Source of the DNA: an uncultured Actinomycetes bacterium
Lineage (GTDB): Bacteria > Actinomycetota > Thermoleophilia > Solirubrobacterales > 70-9
Reading direction: 5' to 3'
Length of the DNA: 64,000 nt
Assembly: GCA_963715475.1 (NCBI GenBank)
Contig: OY970241.1
Location: forward strand, 1,827,309 to 1,891,308
Shown in pieces: positions 8,472 to 17,572 of the stretch. The position numbers were made by a program, and so were the translations under genes. The notes beneath the pieces were generated by a model, which was given only the letters and a program-made list of their open reading frames with translations, made no database searches and was not told the DNA's origin. How positions within the stretch are numbered: position 1 is the stretch's first letter; the number at the start of each line of letters is the position of its first letter.

Positions 8472-10697
8472 TTACAGCTCCGCCTCGGAGTCGACCGCGA
8501 CCGGCTCCGGCTCGCTCTCGGCGCCGCCGAGAACCCGGCTCAGGTCCGCCTGGCCGATCAGCACCTGGCGCGGTTTCGAGCCCTCGTAGCCGGAGATGAC
8601 GCCGCGGCGCTCGAGCATGTCGATCAGCCGCCCGGCGCGGGTGTAGCCGACCCGCAGCCGCCGCTGGATCATCGAGACCGAGGCGGTTTCGGTCTGCACG
8701 ACCAGGCGGATCGCCTCGTCGAGCAGGTCGTCGCTGTCGGGGTCGAAGTCGTCGTCGCGGCCCTCCTCCTCGGCCTCCTGCGGGGTCTCCAGCAGCTCGT
8801 CCTCGAATTCGGGTTCGCCCTGCCTGGCCCAGTGCTTGGTGATCCGGGCGATCTCCTCCTCGGTGACGAAGGCGCCCTGGACGCGGGCCAGTTTCGAGGT
8901 GCCGGCGCCGCGGAAGAGCATGTCCCCCTGGCCGAGCAGCGTCTCGGCGCCGCCCTGGTCGAGGATCACCCGCGAGTCGGTCTGGGAGGAGACCGCGAAG
9001 GCGATCCGCGAGGGGATGTTGACCTTGATCGTGCCGGTGATGATGTCGGTCGAGGGGCGCTGGGTCGCCAGCACCAGGTGGATGCCGGTCGCCCGCGACT
9101 TCTGGGCGAGGCGGATGATCGCGTCCTCGACTTCGGCCGGGGCGACCATCATCAGGTCCGCGAGCTCGTCGATCACGCAGAGGATGTGGGGCAGCGGCGC
9201 TTCGCCCTTCTTGACCCGGGTCCGGTTCAGTTCGCCGAGGTTGCGGGCGCGGGCTTCGCTCATGATCCCGTAGCGGCTCTCCATCTCGCCGATCAGGTTC
9301 GAGAGGACGTTGGCGGCGAGCCGCGGCGAGGTGACCACCGGCGTCAGCAGGTGGGGGACGTTCTCGTAGTGGTTGAGCTCGACCTGCTTGGGGTCGACCA
9401 GGACCAGCCGCACTTCGTTGGGGGAGGCCTGCATCAGGATCGAGGAGAGGATCGCGTTGACGCAGCCGCTCTTGCCCGAGCCGGTGGTGCCGGCGACCAG
9501 CACGTGCGGCATCTTCGCGATGTCGGTCCAGACCGCGTTGCCGTCGATCCCCTTGCCGAGCCAGGCGACCAGCGGCGAGGTCTTCTCCGGGCGGCCGGCG
9601 TAGATGTCGCCGAGGCGGACCATCCGGCGGGTCCGGTTGGGGACCTCGACCCCGACCGCCTGCTTGCCGGGGATCGGCGCCAGGATGCGGATGTCGGTCG
9701 AGGCGAGGGCGTAGGCGATGTCGTTGGCGAGCTCGGTGACCTTCTTGACTTTGGTCCCCGGCGCCAGGCGCAGCTCGAAGCGGGAGACGTGAGGGCCGCT
9801 GACGATCCCGACGATCTTCGCCTCGACGCCGAAATGGCCGAGCGTCTCGACCAGCTTGCGGCCGACCGCTTCGTGGTCGCGCGGATCCGGCCCCTTGTCG
9901 CCCTTGCCGCGTTCGAGCAGCTTCGGCGGCGGCGGCCGGTAGTCGATCTCCTCGGACATCGTGACGCCGCGCTTGCTCCCCATCGGGGTCAGCCCGGCGT
10001 GGGCCCGGTCGCCCTCGTCGACGACCGCGACGGCGTCGGCCGAGTCGTAGTTCTGCAGCTCCTCCTGCGGCTCCGGCTCGGGCTCCTCGTCCGCGGCCGG
10101 GATCGCCTCGGTCTCCGTCTCGGTCTCCGCGGCGAAGAGCTGGGCGTCGAAGTCGTCCTCCTCCTCGGCCATCGCGACCGTCGGTTCGAAGTCCGCGTTG
10201 TCCTCGGGATAGGCGCTCATCACGTCGGTCGGGCCGGCGAGGGTCGCCGCCTCCGCCCGCGCCTCGCGGTGCTCGCGCCAGTCGGCGTGGGTCCTGGCGA
10301 CGGTGCGGGCGGCGGCGTCGCCGCCGGCGAAGAGGCCGCTGAAGAGCGCCCGCAGCCCGCGCCCGACCCCCCGGGCCAGGGTGGAGACGGAGGTGCCGGT
10401 GAGGAGCATGCCGCCGGCGAGCAGCAGCAGGACGGTGAAGATGCGGGCGCCGATCGCCCCGAACAGGTAGTCGAGCGCGGTTTCGCAGCCGTAGCCGACC
10501 TTGCCGCCTTCCCAGCCGAGGAAGAGGACGAAGACCAGGTAGACGCCGAAGGCGACCAGGAAGAGGCCGATCAGGTCGAGGTGGCGCTGCTCGAGTCCGG
10601 CCGGGAGGCGCAGCCCGCCGCCCTTCGGCTTCGGCTTGCGTTTGGCAGGGGCTTTTTTCCGCCGGGCGGCGCCGGCGCGCTTCTTACGCACGAACAT
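8472..10697 (-). CDS. ftsK: DNA translocase FtsK
   Basis: N-terminal TM region, Walker A GTTGSGKS, ATQRPS motif and C-terminal gamma (winged-helix) domain SVSMIQRRLRVGYTRAGRLID. Confidence 0.95.
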   Translation of the reverse strand: MFVRKKRAGAARRKKAPAKRKPKPKGGGLRLPAGLEQRHLDLIGLFLVAFGVYLVFVLFLGWEGGKVGYGCETALDYLFGAIGARIFTVLLLLAGGMLLTGTSVSTLARGVGRGLRALFSGLFAGGDAAARTVARTHADWREHREARAEAATLAGPTDVMSAYPEDNADFEPTVAMAEEEDDFDAQLFAAETETETEAIPAADEEPEPEPQEELQNYDSADAVAVVDEGDRAHAGLTPMGSKRGVTMSEEIDYRPPPPKLLERGKGDKGPDPRDHEAVGRKLVETLGHFGVEAKIVGIVSGPHVSRFELRLAPGTKVKKVTELANDIAYALASTDIRILAPIPGKQAVGVEVPNRTRRMVRLGDIYAGRPEKTSPLVAWLGKGIDGNAVWTDIAKMPHVLVAGTTGSGKSGCVNAILSSILMQASPNEVRLVLVDPKQVELNHYENVPHLLTPVVTSPRLAANVLSNLIGEMESRYGIMSEARARNLGELNRTRVKKGEAPLPHILCVIDELADLMMVAPAEVEDAIIRLAQKSRATGIHLVLATQRPSTDIITGTIKVNIPSRIAFAVSSQTDSRVILDQGGAETLLGQGDMLFRGAGTSKLARVQGAFVTEEEIARITKHWARQGEPEFEDELLETPQEAEEEGRDDDFDPDSDDLLDEAIRLVVQTETASVSMIQRRLRVGYTRAGRLIDMLERRGVISGYEGSKPRQVLIGQADLSRVLGGAESEPEPVAVDSEAEL

Positions 10698-10792
10698 GGG
10701 ATCCCGTTCGACGCCGGGCGGCGCTCCCCTGCCGAGCTAAATTCAGACTAAAACTCGCGTCGAGCGGCCTTTCGCGCAGCTACCATCGATCC

Positions 10793-11485
10793 GTGCTCTC
10801 CGAAGCCGACTCCGCCGGCGGCCGCGTCCTCATCGTCGAGGACGATGTCGACATCGCCGACGTCCTGCGGCGCTCGCTGCGCAACGAGGGCTACGAGGTC
10901 CGCACCTCGGCCGACGGCGTCGAGGCGCTCGACGTCGCCGCCGGCTTCTTCCCCGACCTCGTCGTGCTCGACCTCGGGCTGCCGGGGCTGGACGGGGTCG
11001 AGGTCTGCAGGCGGCTGCGCAGCGACGGCGACGTCCCGATCCTGATGCTGACCGCGCGGGCCGAGACCGAGGACCGGGTCGCCGGCCTCGACAGCGGCGC
11101 CGACGACTACCTGGTCAAGCCCTTCGAGCGGACCGAGCTGCTGGCCCGGATCCGGGCGCTGCTGCGGCGGCGGCCGCCCCGCGGCGCCGCCTCGATGGAG
11201 GTCGGCGACCTCGTCCTCAACCCGGACACCCGCGAGGTCCGCCGCGGCGAGCGCGAGATCGAGCTGACCAACCGCGAGTTCGAGCTGCTCGAGTTCCTGA
11301 TGCGCAACGAGCGGCTGGTCGTCTCCCGCGAGCGGCTGCTGGACGAGGTCTGGGGCTACGACCCGATGGCGGCGACCAACACGATCGACGTCTTCATCTC
11401 CAACCTGCGGCGCAAGCTCGAGGCCGGCGGCGAGTCCCGCCTGCTGCACACCAAACGCGGCGCCGGGTACGTTCTGAAGGCGTAG
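10793..11485 (+). CDS. OmpR/PhoB-family response regulator
   Basis: Receiver domain (LIVEDD..., phospho-acceptor in VVLDLGLPGLDG) plus winged-helix output (RGAGYVLK). Confidence 0.9.
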   Translation: MLSEADSAGGRVLIVEDDVDIADVLRRSLRNEGYEVRTSADGVEALDVAAGFFPDLVVLDLGLPGLDGVEVCRRLRSDGDVPILMLTARAETEDRVAGLDSGADDYLVKPFERTELLARIRALLRRRPPRGAASMEVGDLVLNPDTREVRRGEREIELTNREFELLEFLMRNERLVVSRERLLDEVWGYDPMAATNTIDVFISNLRRKLEAGGESRLLHTKRGAGYVLKA

Positions 11486-11487
11486 CG

Positions 11488-12957
11488 ATGGGCCGGCTGC
11501 AGAACGGCCTGCGCGGGTTCGCCCGGCGTCTCCTGCACCCCCGCTCCTGGCCGGTCCGCTGGCGCCTGGCGAGCGTCTCCGCCGGCCTCACCCTGGTCAT
11601 CCTGCTGCTCTTCGGCGGCGCGATCGGCAAGATCGCGACCGAGCGCATCCGCAGCGACTTCAACGGCGAGGTGACCAGCGCGGTGCAGATCCTCGCCGGC
11701 GAATTCGAAGTCGTCTACCCGCCGTTCTCGCGGCCCGAAGTGCGCGAAGGCCCGCAGCTCGACGCCTTCACCCTGCCCGACGACGCCTCGGCCCGGGTCT
11801 ACACGGCGAACGGGGAATTCATCACCTCGAACCAGGGGGCGGCCGAGCTGGGGCCGCTGCAGCAGGGGCTCTCCAGCTACCGCGGGATGCGGGTCGCGAC
11901 CGAGCCGATCCTCAACGCCTCCCACGTCGTCACCGGCTACGTCCAGTACGGGCGCAGCCTCGCCCACATCGACTCGACGATCGACCGGGTCTGGCTGCTG
12001 ATCGCCGCCGGGATCCTCGGCGGCACGATGCTGGCGGCCTTCGCCGGGGTCGCGATCGCCGGCCGGGCGATGAGGCCGATCGCCTCCCTGACCGCGACCG
12101 CGCGCGAGATCGCCGCCACCCGCGACCCCTCGGTGCAGATGCCGGAGCCGAGCAACGACGACGAGGTCGGCGAACTGGCGCGGACGCTGGAGAACATGCT
12201 CCGCTCGCTCGACGGCGCCCGGACCGAACGCGAGGCGGCGATGCAGAAGCAGCGCGAGTTCGTCGCCGACGCCTCGCACGAGCTGCGCACCCCGCTGACC
12301 AGCGTCCTCGCCAACCTCGAGCTGCTGCAGGCCTCGCTCGACGCCGACCGGCAGGCGGAGGACCGCGAGATCGTCGACTCGGCGCTGCGCTCCTCGCGGC
12401 GGATGGGGCGGCTGGTCAGCGACCTGCTGCTGCTGGCCCGGGCCGACGCCGGCCGCATGGCCGCCCACCGCCGCCTCGACCTGGCCGAGATCGCCGGCGA
12501 CGCCGCCGCCGAGGCGGCGCCGCTGATGGGGGGCCGCGAGTTCATCCTCGACAACGACCGCTCGCTGCGGGTCGAAGGCAGCCGCGACGAGCTGCACCGG
12601 ATGATCCTCAACCTGCTCGACAACGCGATCCGGCACACCCAGGCCGACGCCCGCATCGAGCTGACCCTGCGCGAGGACGGCGGCGAGGCCGTGGTCGAAG
12701 TCGCCGACGACGGGCCCGGCATCCCGGTGTCGATGCGGACCCAGGTGTTCTCCCGCTTCGTCCGCGGCCAGGGCCCCGCCGACACCGCCCGCGGCACCGG
12801 CACCGGCCTCGGCCTGGCGATCGTCAGCGCCGTCGCCGCCTCTCACGGCGGCTCGGTCAGGGCCGCGGAATCGGCCTCCGGAGGCGCCCTCTTCGTCGCC
12901 CGCATCCCCCTCGCCAACGTTGAGAAAACCGTTCCGAAACCTTTAGAGGCGCTTTAG
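11488..12957 (+). CDS. sensor histidine kinase (TM-HAMP-HisKA-HATPase)
   Basis: H-box FVADASHELRTPLT, N-box LLDNAIRHT and G-boxes DDGPGI / GTGLGLAIV. Starts 3 nt after the regulator stop. Confidence 0.9.
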   Translation: MGRLQNGLRGFARRLLHPRSWPVRWRLASVSAGLTLVILLLFGGAIGKIATERIRSDFNGEVTSAVQILAGEFEVVYPPFSRPEVREGPQLDAFTLPDDASARVYTANGEFITSNQGAAELGPLQQGLSSYRGMRVATEPILNASHVVTGYVQYGRSLAHIDSTIDRVWLLIAAGILGGTMLAAFAGVAIAGRAMRPIASLTATAREIAATRDPSVQMPEPSNDDEVGELARTLENMLRSLDGARTEREAAMQKQREFVADASHELRTPLTSVLANLELLQASLDADRQAEDREIVDSALRSSRRMGRLVSDLLLLARADAGRMAAHRRLDLAEIAGDAAAEAAPLMGGREFILDNDRSLRVEGSRDELHRMILNLLDNAIRHTQADARIELTLREDGGEAVVEVADDGPGIPVSMRTQVFSRFVRGQGPADTARGTGTGLGLAIVSAVAASHGGSVRAAESASGGALFVARIPLANVEKTVPKPLEAL

Positions 12958-12994
12958 AGCCCACCCCTAGATTCGCCCGTGGACGAGACACACT

Positions 12995-13038
12995 AGCCCG
13001 CCGAGGTTCTCCCCAGACACTGCCTCGGCGGGCTTTTT
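12995..13038 (+). terminator. intrinsic terminator after the histidine kinase (between convergent genes)
   Basis: Stem AGCCCGCCGAGG (12995-13006) / CCTCGGCGGGCT (13023-13034), 16-nt loop, then a T5 run. Confidence 0.6.
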
Positions 13039-13043
13039 CGCGC

Positions 13044-14720
13044 TCAGACCTCGATCACGACCGGGAGCACCATCGGCCGGCGGCGGAGGCGCTGCCAGAC
13101 GAACTTGCCGATCGTCTGGTGGAGGTCGTCCTCGATCAGGTTGGGCTCGCGGTTGCCGTGCTTGGCCGCTTCGTCGAGCTGGTCTTCGACCAGGTCCTTG
13201 AGGTCCTCGACGAGGGCGTCGGCCTCCTCGAGGAAGGCGACGCCGCGGAAGATCACCTCCGGGTCGGCGACGATCGAGCCGTCGTCGCCCGAGAGCGTCG
13301 CGACGACGATGAAGATCCCGTCGGCGGAGATCTCGCGGCGGTCGCGCAGGGCGGCGTCGTCGGGCTCGCCGATGTTGACGCCGTCGACGTAGATCACCCC
13401 CGCGTGGACGTCCTCGCCGAAGCGGGCGCCGTCGGCGTCGACCTCCAGCGGCAGGCCGTTGCGCCCCTGGAAGATCCGCTTGCCGTCGATCCCGACCGCT
13501 TCGGCCAGCTCCGAGTGCAGCCGCAGCCGCTTGTAGTCGCCGTGGACCGGCATCACGTAGCGCGGTTTGGTCAGGTTCAGCATCAGCTTCAGCTCCTCCT
13601 GCCAGCCGTGGCCGGAGGCGTGGATCGGCGCGTCCTTGGCGGTGATCACGCTGGCGCCGATCTCGTAGATGCGGTCGATCGTCTCGTTCACGGCCCGCTC
13701 GTTCCCCGGCACCGGCGTCGCCGAGAAGACGACCGTGTCGCCGGAATGAAGCTGCACGTCGCGGTGGTCGTTGTTGGCCATCCGCCGCAGCGCCGAGAGC
13801 GGCTCGCCCTGGCTGCCGGTCGAGATCACGACGACCTTCTCGTCGGGGAAGTCGCCGATCTCCCGCGGCTGGATGAAGATCCCCTTCGGCGCCTTCGCGA
13901 TCCCGAGGTTGGAGGCGATGTTGAAGTTCTTGCGCATCGAGCGCCCGACCAGCGCCACCTTGCGATCGAGCCGGGAGGCGGCGTCGATCACCTGCTGCAC
14001 CCGGTGGATGTTGGAGGCGAACGAGGTGACGATGATCCGCCCCTTGCAGCGGGAGAACTGCTCCAGCAGCGCCGGTCCGACCGCAGACTCGGAGGGCGCA
14101 ACGCCCGGCCGGTCGGCGTTGGTCGAGTCGCCGCAGAGCAGGGTCAGCCCTTCCTTGCCGAGCTCGGCGAGGCGGGAGACGTCGGCCGGGCGGCCGTCGA
14201 CCGGGGTCTGGTCGAACTTGTAGTCGCCGGTCATCAGCACCGTGCCCGCCTCGGTGGCGAGCAGGACCGCCCGCATGTCGGGGATCGAGTGGGCGAGGTG
14301 GATCAGCTCCAGCTCGAAGGGGCCGCAGCGCACCTTCTCCCCCGGCGGCAGCTCCTGCAGCGGCGCCCGGTCGGCGAGCTTGTGCTCCTCCAGCTTCGAG
14401 CGGACCATCCCGATCGTCAGCAGGCCGCCGTAGATCTTCGGCGGCATCCCGATCTCTTTCAGCACGTAGGGCAGCGCCCCGACGTGGTCCTCGTGGCCGT
14501 GGGTGAGGACGATCGCCTCGATGTCCTCGGCGCGGTCTCGCAGGTAGGAGAAGTCGGGCAGGACGAGGTCGATTCCGTGCATCTCTGCGGTCGGGAACAT
14601 CAGCCCGGTGTCGACGACGACGATCCTGCCGCCGTACTCGATCACGGTCATGTTCTTGCCGATCTCGCCGAGGCCGCCCAGGGGCAGCACGCGAAGTTTG
14701 CTTGGCACTTGGTTACTCAC
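13044..14720 (-). CDS. rnj: ribonuclease J
   Basis: The recognisable protein starts around VSNQVPSKLRVLPLGGLGEIGKNM (GTG 14720; an in-frame GTG at 14708 is an alternative). Has the beta-CASP/MBL motif HGHEDHVGALP. The track ORF start (15464) overlaps dapA and is a shadow extension. Confidence 0.9.
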   Translation of the reverse strand: MSNQVPSKLRVLPLGGLGEIGKNMTVIEYGGRIVVVDTGLMFPTAEMHGIDLVLPDFSYLRDRAEDIEAIVLTHGHEDHVGALPYVLKEIGMPPKIYGGLLTIGMVRSKLEEHKLADRAPLQELPPGEKVRCGPFELELIHLAHSIPDMRAVLLATEAGTVLMTGDYKFDQTPVDGRPADVSRLAELGKEGLTLLCGDSTNADRPGVAPSESAVGPALLEQFSRCKGRIIVTSFASNIHRVQQVIDAASRLDRKVALVGRSMRKNFNIASNLGIAKAPKGIFIQPREIGDFPDEKVVVISTGSQGEPLSALRRMANNDHRDVQLHSGDTVVFSATPVPGNERAVNETIDRIYEIGASVITAKDAPIHASGHGWQEELKLMLNLTKPRYVMPVHGDYKRLRLHSELAEAVGIDGKRIFQGRNGLPLEVDADGARFGEDVHAGVIYVDGVNIGEPDDAALRDRREISADGIFIVVATLSGDDGSIVADPEVIFRGVAFLEEADALVEDLKDLVEDQLDEAAKHGNREPNLIEDDLHQTIGKFVWQRLRRRPMVLPVVIEV

Positions 14721-14737
14721 TCTCTCGTAGGAAGTTT

Positions 14738-15610
14738 CTAACTGGCGACGGCGACGCCGGCGGCGTCGAGCCCGGCCTTGACGGCGGCTCGCTGCTCGGC
14801 GTCGGCCGGCACCAGGGGAAGTCGAAGTCGATCCGCGCAGAGGCCGAGCATCTCCAGCGCCGCCTTCAGCGGGATCGGGTTGGTGGTTACGGCGAGGCCC
14901 GCGTAGACCGGCCTCAGCTCGGCGTCGATCGCCCGGGCGCGGTCGAGGTCGCCGGCCTGCGCCGCCTCCCACATCTCCCGCATCCGGTCGCCGGCCACGT
15001 GGGAGGCGACGAGGATCCCGCCGGCGCCGCCGAATTCCAGCGTGCGCAGGTAGGTCTCGTTGTCCCCGGCCAGCACGTCCAGGCCCTCGATCGGGCCGAG
15101 GTCCTCGGGGTTGGCCTGCTTGACCGCGACGATGTTCTCGATCCGGGCAAGCTCGGCCAGAAGCTCGGGGTCGGCGTTGACGATCACCCGCGAGGGGATG
15201 TTGTAGAGGATCATCGGCAGCTCGGGCACGGCCGCGGCGACGGCTTCGAAGTGCGCCCGGATGCCCTCCCGGTTGGGCTTGTTGTAGTACGGGACAACGA
15301 CCAGCGAGGCGTCCGCCCCGGCCTCGGCCGCCATCTTCGTCAGCTCGCCCGAGTGCCGGGTGTCGTTGGTCCCGGTGCCGCAGATCAGCAGCGCCTCCTC
15401 GCCGACCTCGGCCCGCACCGCCCGCAGCAGCTCGATCTCCTCGCCGTCGGTCAGGGTCGGGCACTCGCCGGTGGTCCCGGCGATCACCAGCGCGTGCGAG
15501 CCGTGCTCGAACAGGTGCGCCGCCAGCCGCCGCGCCGCGTCATGGTCGACCCGGCCCTCGGCGTCGAACGGCGTCGCCATCGCCGTGATCACTCCCTTGA
15601 TCTCCTTCAT
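14738..15610 (-). CDS. dapA: 4-hydroxy-tetrahydrodipicolinate synthase
   Basis: VIAGTTGECPTLT, YNKP and Schiff-base lysine context IVAVKQA. Confidence 0.9.
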   Translation of the reverse strand: MKEIKGVITAMATPFDAEGRVDHDAARRLAAHLFEHGSHALVIAGTTGECPTLTDGEEIELLRAVRAEVGEEALLICGTGTNDTRHSGELTKMAAEAGADASLVVVPYYNKPNREGIRAHFEAVAAAVPELPMILYNIPSRVIVNADPELLAELARIENIVAVKQANPEDLGPIEGLDVLAGDNETYLRTLEFGGAGGILVASHVAGDRMREMWEAAQAGDLDRARAIDAELRPVYAGLAVTTNPIPLKAALEMLGLCADRLRLPLVPADAEQRAAVKAGLDAAGVAVAS

Positions 15611-15637
15611 CGCCCTCAGGGTATCCCCTCGCCCGGC

Positions 15638-16303
15638 CTAAAGCAGCTTCTCGAGCCCGACCGTGAAGCGGTCGGGCAGGTCGGCGACCCGGCGGCAGGC
15701 GAGGACGACGCCGGGCATGAAGGAGCTGCGGTCGATCGAGTCGTGGCGGAGCGAGAGGGTCTGCCCGACCCCGCCGAAGATCACTTCCTGGTGGGCGACC
15801 AGGCCCGGCAGGCGGACCGAGTGGATCGGCTGGTGGACGTTGCCGCCGGCGGCGTCGATCAGCTCCTGGGTTCGCTTCGCCGTGCCGGAGGGGGCGTCGA
15901 GCTTTCTGTCGTGATGGAGCTCGACGATCTCGCACTCGGGCATGTGCTTGGCGATCGTCTGCGAGACCTCCATCAACAGCACCGCCCCGATCGCGAAGTT
16001 GGGAGCGACGAAGCAGTTGGCCTGCGACGCCTCGGCCGCCTCGCGGGCGGCGTCGAGGTCGAAACCGGTGGTGCCGACGACGGTGTGGACGCCGGCCTCC
16101 AGGCACTGCTTCACGTTTGCGAGGGCCGTGTCCGGGACGGTGAAGTCGACGACGACGTCCGCATCGGTCAGCACCTCGGTCAGCTCGGTGCCGAGGGCGG
16201 GGTCGGCTCGCCCCGTCAGCTCCAGCCCGTCGGCCTCTTCGACCGCTTTGCAGACGGTCGCGCCCATTTTCCCGGCCGCTCCGGCGACCGCAACCCGCGT
16301 CAT
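15638..16303 (-). CDS. dapB: 4-hydroxy-tetrahydrodipicolinate reductase
   Basis: N-terminal VAVAGAAGKMG Rossmann motif and signature ELHHDRKLDAPSGTA. Short (221 aa). Confidence 0.85.
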   Translation of the reverse strand: MTRVAVAGAAGKMGATVCKAVEEADGLELTGRADPALGTELTEVLTDADVVVDFTVPDTALANVKQCLEAGVHTVVGTTGFDLDAAREAAEASQANCFVAPNFAIGAVLLMEVSQTIAKHMPECEIVELHHDRKLDAPSGTAKRTQELIDAAGGNVHQPIHSVRLPGLVAHQEVIFGGVGQTLSLRHDSIDRSSFMPGVVLACRRVADLPDRFTVGLEKLL

Positions 16304-17571
16304 GCTGCTACCAGGGCCTCGCTCACCGGCGCCAGCGCCTGGCGAAAGCGGTCTTCGTCGGCGCCGACGCAGGCGGCCGAGAGCCGCTCGGCGCCGTAGA
16401 GCTCTGCCGCCAGCTCGGTCAGGTCGTCGACCGCGATCGCGTCGACCTTGGCCAGCATCTCGTCGAGGCTTTCGATCGGCAGCCCGAACAGGGTCGCGCG
16501 CGAGATCCGCGTCATCCGCGCCGCGGTCGACTCCGAGGAGAGCACGAGCCGCCCCTTGACGCTCTCCTTCGCCCGCGCCAGCTCCGCCGCGCTGACCGGC
16601 TCGGAGCGCAGCCTCGCCATCTCGCGGCCGATGATCTCGCAGGCCTCCTCGACGTTCTCCTCGCGGGTGCCGACGTAGGTGGCGACCAGGCCCTGGTCGG
16701 TGTACTGGTCGTTGTAGGAGCCGACCGAGTAGGCGAGGCCGCGCTTCTCGCGGACCTCGCGGAAGAGGCGCGAGGAGGTGCTGCCGCCGAAGATCGCGTC
16801 GAGCACCGCCAGCGGGTAGCGGCGCTCGTCGTCGCGGCGCAGCCCCGGCGCGCCGAAGCAGATGTGGTACTGCTCGGTCTCCTTGCTCAGGTAGCAGAGG
16901 CGCGAGCCGCCCTCGAGCGCGGCCTCGGCGAGCGCCCCGTCCCCCTGCGCGGGCGGCCGCACCAGCCGCTCGGCGAGCGCGACGATGCGCTCGTGCTCGA
17001 GGTGCCCGGCGGCGCCGACGACGATCTGCGGGCCGGTGTAGTGGGCGCGGCGGTAGGACTCGATCTCCGGCACCGGGACCGAGGCGATCACCTCGGCCTC
17101 GCCCAGCACCCGGCGGCCCAGCGGGTGCGCGCCGAAGACCGCCTCGGCGAGGACGTCGTGGACGCGGTCCTGGGGCTCGTCGTCGTACATCGCGATCTCC
17201 TCGATCACGACCTGGCGCTCGGAGTCGATTTCGGGGTAGGTCGGCGCCAGCAGCATCTCCGCCAGCAGGTCGAAGACCTCCTCGGTGTGCTCGTCGAGGA
17301 AGCGCGCGTGCAGGTGCGTCGTCTCCTTGCCGGTGGCGGCGTTGACCGAGGCGCCGAGGCCGTCGAAGCGCTCGGAGATCTCGATCGCCGAGTAGCGCGC
17401 CGTCCCCTTGAAGAGCAGGTGCTCGAGGAAGTGCGAGACCCCGGCCTGCGCCGGGGTCTCGTTCCTGGATCCGGTCCGGACCCAGAGCCCGAGCGCGACG
17501 GACCGGACCGAGGGAACCTCCTCGGTCACGACCCGGACGCCCGAGTCCAGGGTGGTGAGCTGCGCGCCCAA
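16300..17571 (-). CDS. M16-family zinc peptidase (pitrilysin-like)
   Basis: Inverted zinc motif HFLEHLLFKG. Conserved position between pnp and dapB as in other Actinomycetota. Confidence 0.85.
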   Translation of the reverse strand: MGAQLTTLDSGVRVVTEEVPSVRSVALGLWVRTGSRNETPAQAGVSHFLEHLLFKGTARYSAIEISERFDGLGASVNAATGKETTHLHARFLDEHTEEVFDLLAEMLLAPTYPEIDSERQVVIEEIAMYDDEPQDRVHDVLAEAVFGAHPLGRRVLGEAEVIASVPVPEIESYRRAHYTGPQIVVGAAGHLEHERIVALAERLVRPPAQGDGALAEAALEGGSRLCYLSKETEQYHICFGAPGLRRDDERRYPLAVLDAIFGGSTSSRLFREVREKRGLAYSVGSYNDQYTDQGLVATYVGTREENVEEACEIIGREMARLRSEPVSAAELARAKESVKGRLVLSSESTAARMTRISRATLFGLPIESLDEMLAKVDAIAVDDLTELAAELYGAERLSAACVGADEDRFRQALAPVSEALVAA

Positions 17572-17572
17572 C

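Noticed and set aside
10698-10792. Promoter and operator calls in the ftsK / response-regulator divergent spacer (AT-rich GCTAAATTCAGACTAAAACTCG).
   Set aside because: No hexamer pair with acceptable spacing and no repeat or palindrome could be supported by eye.
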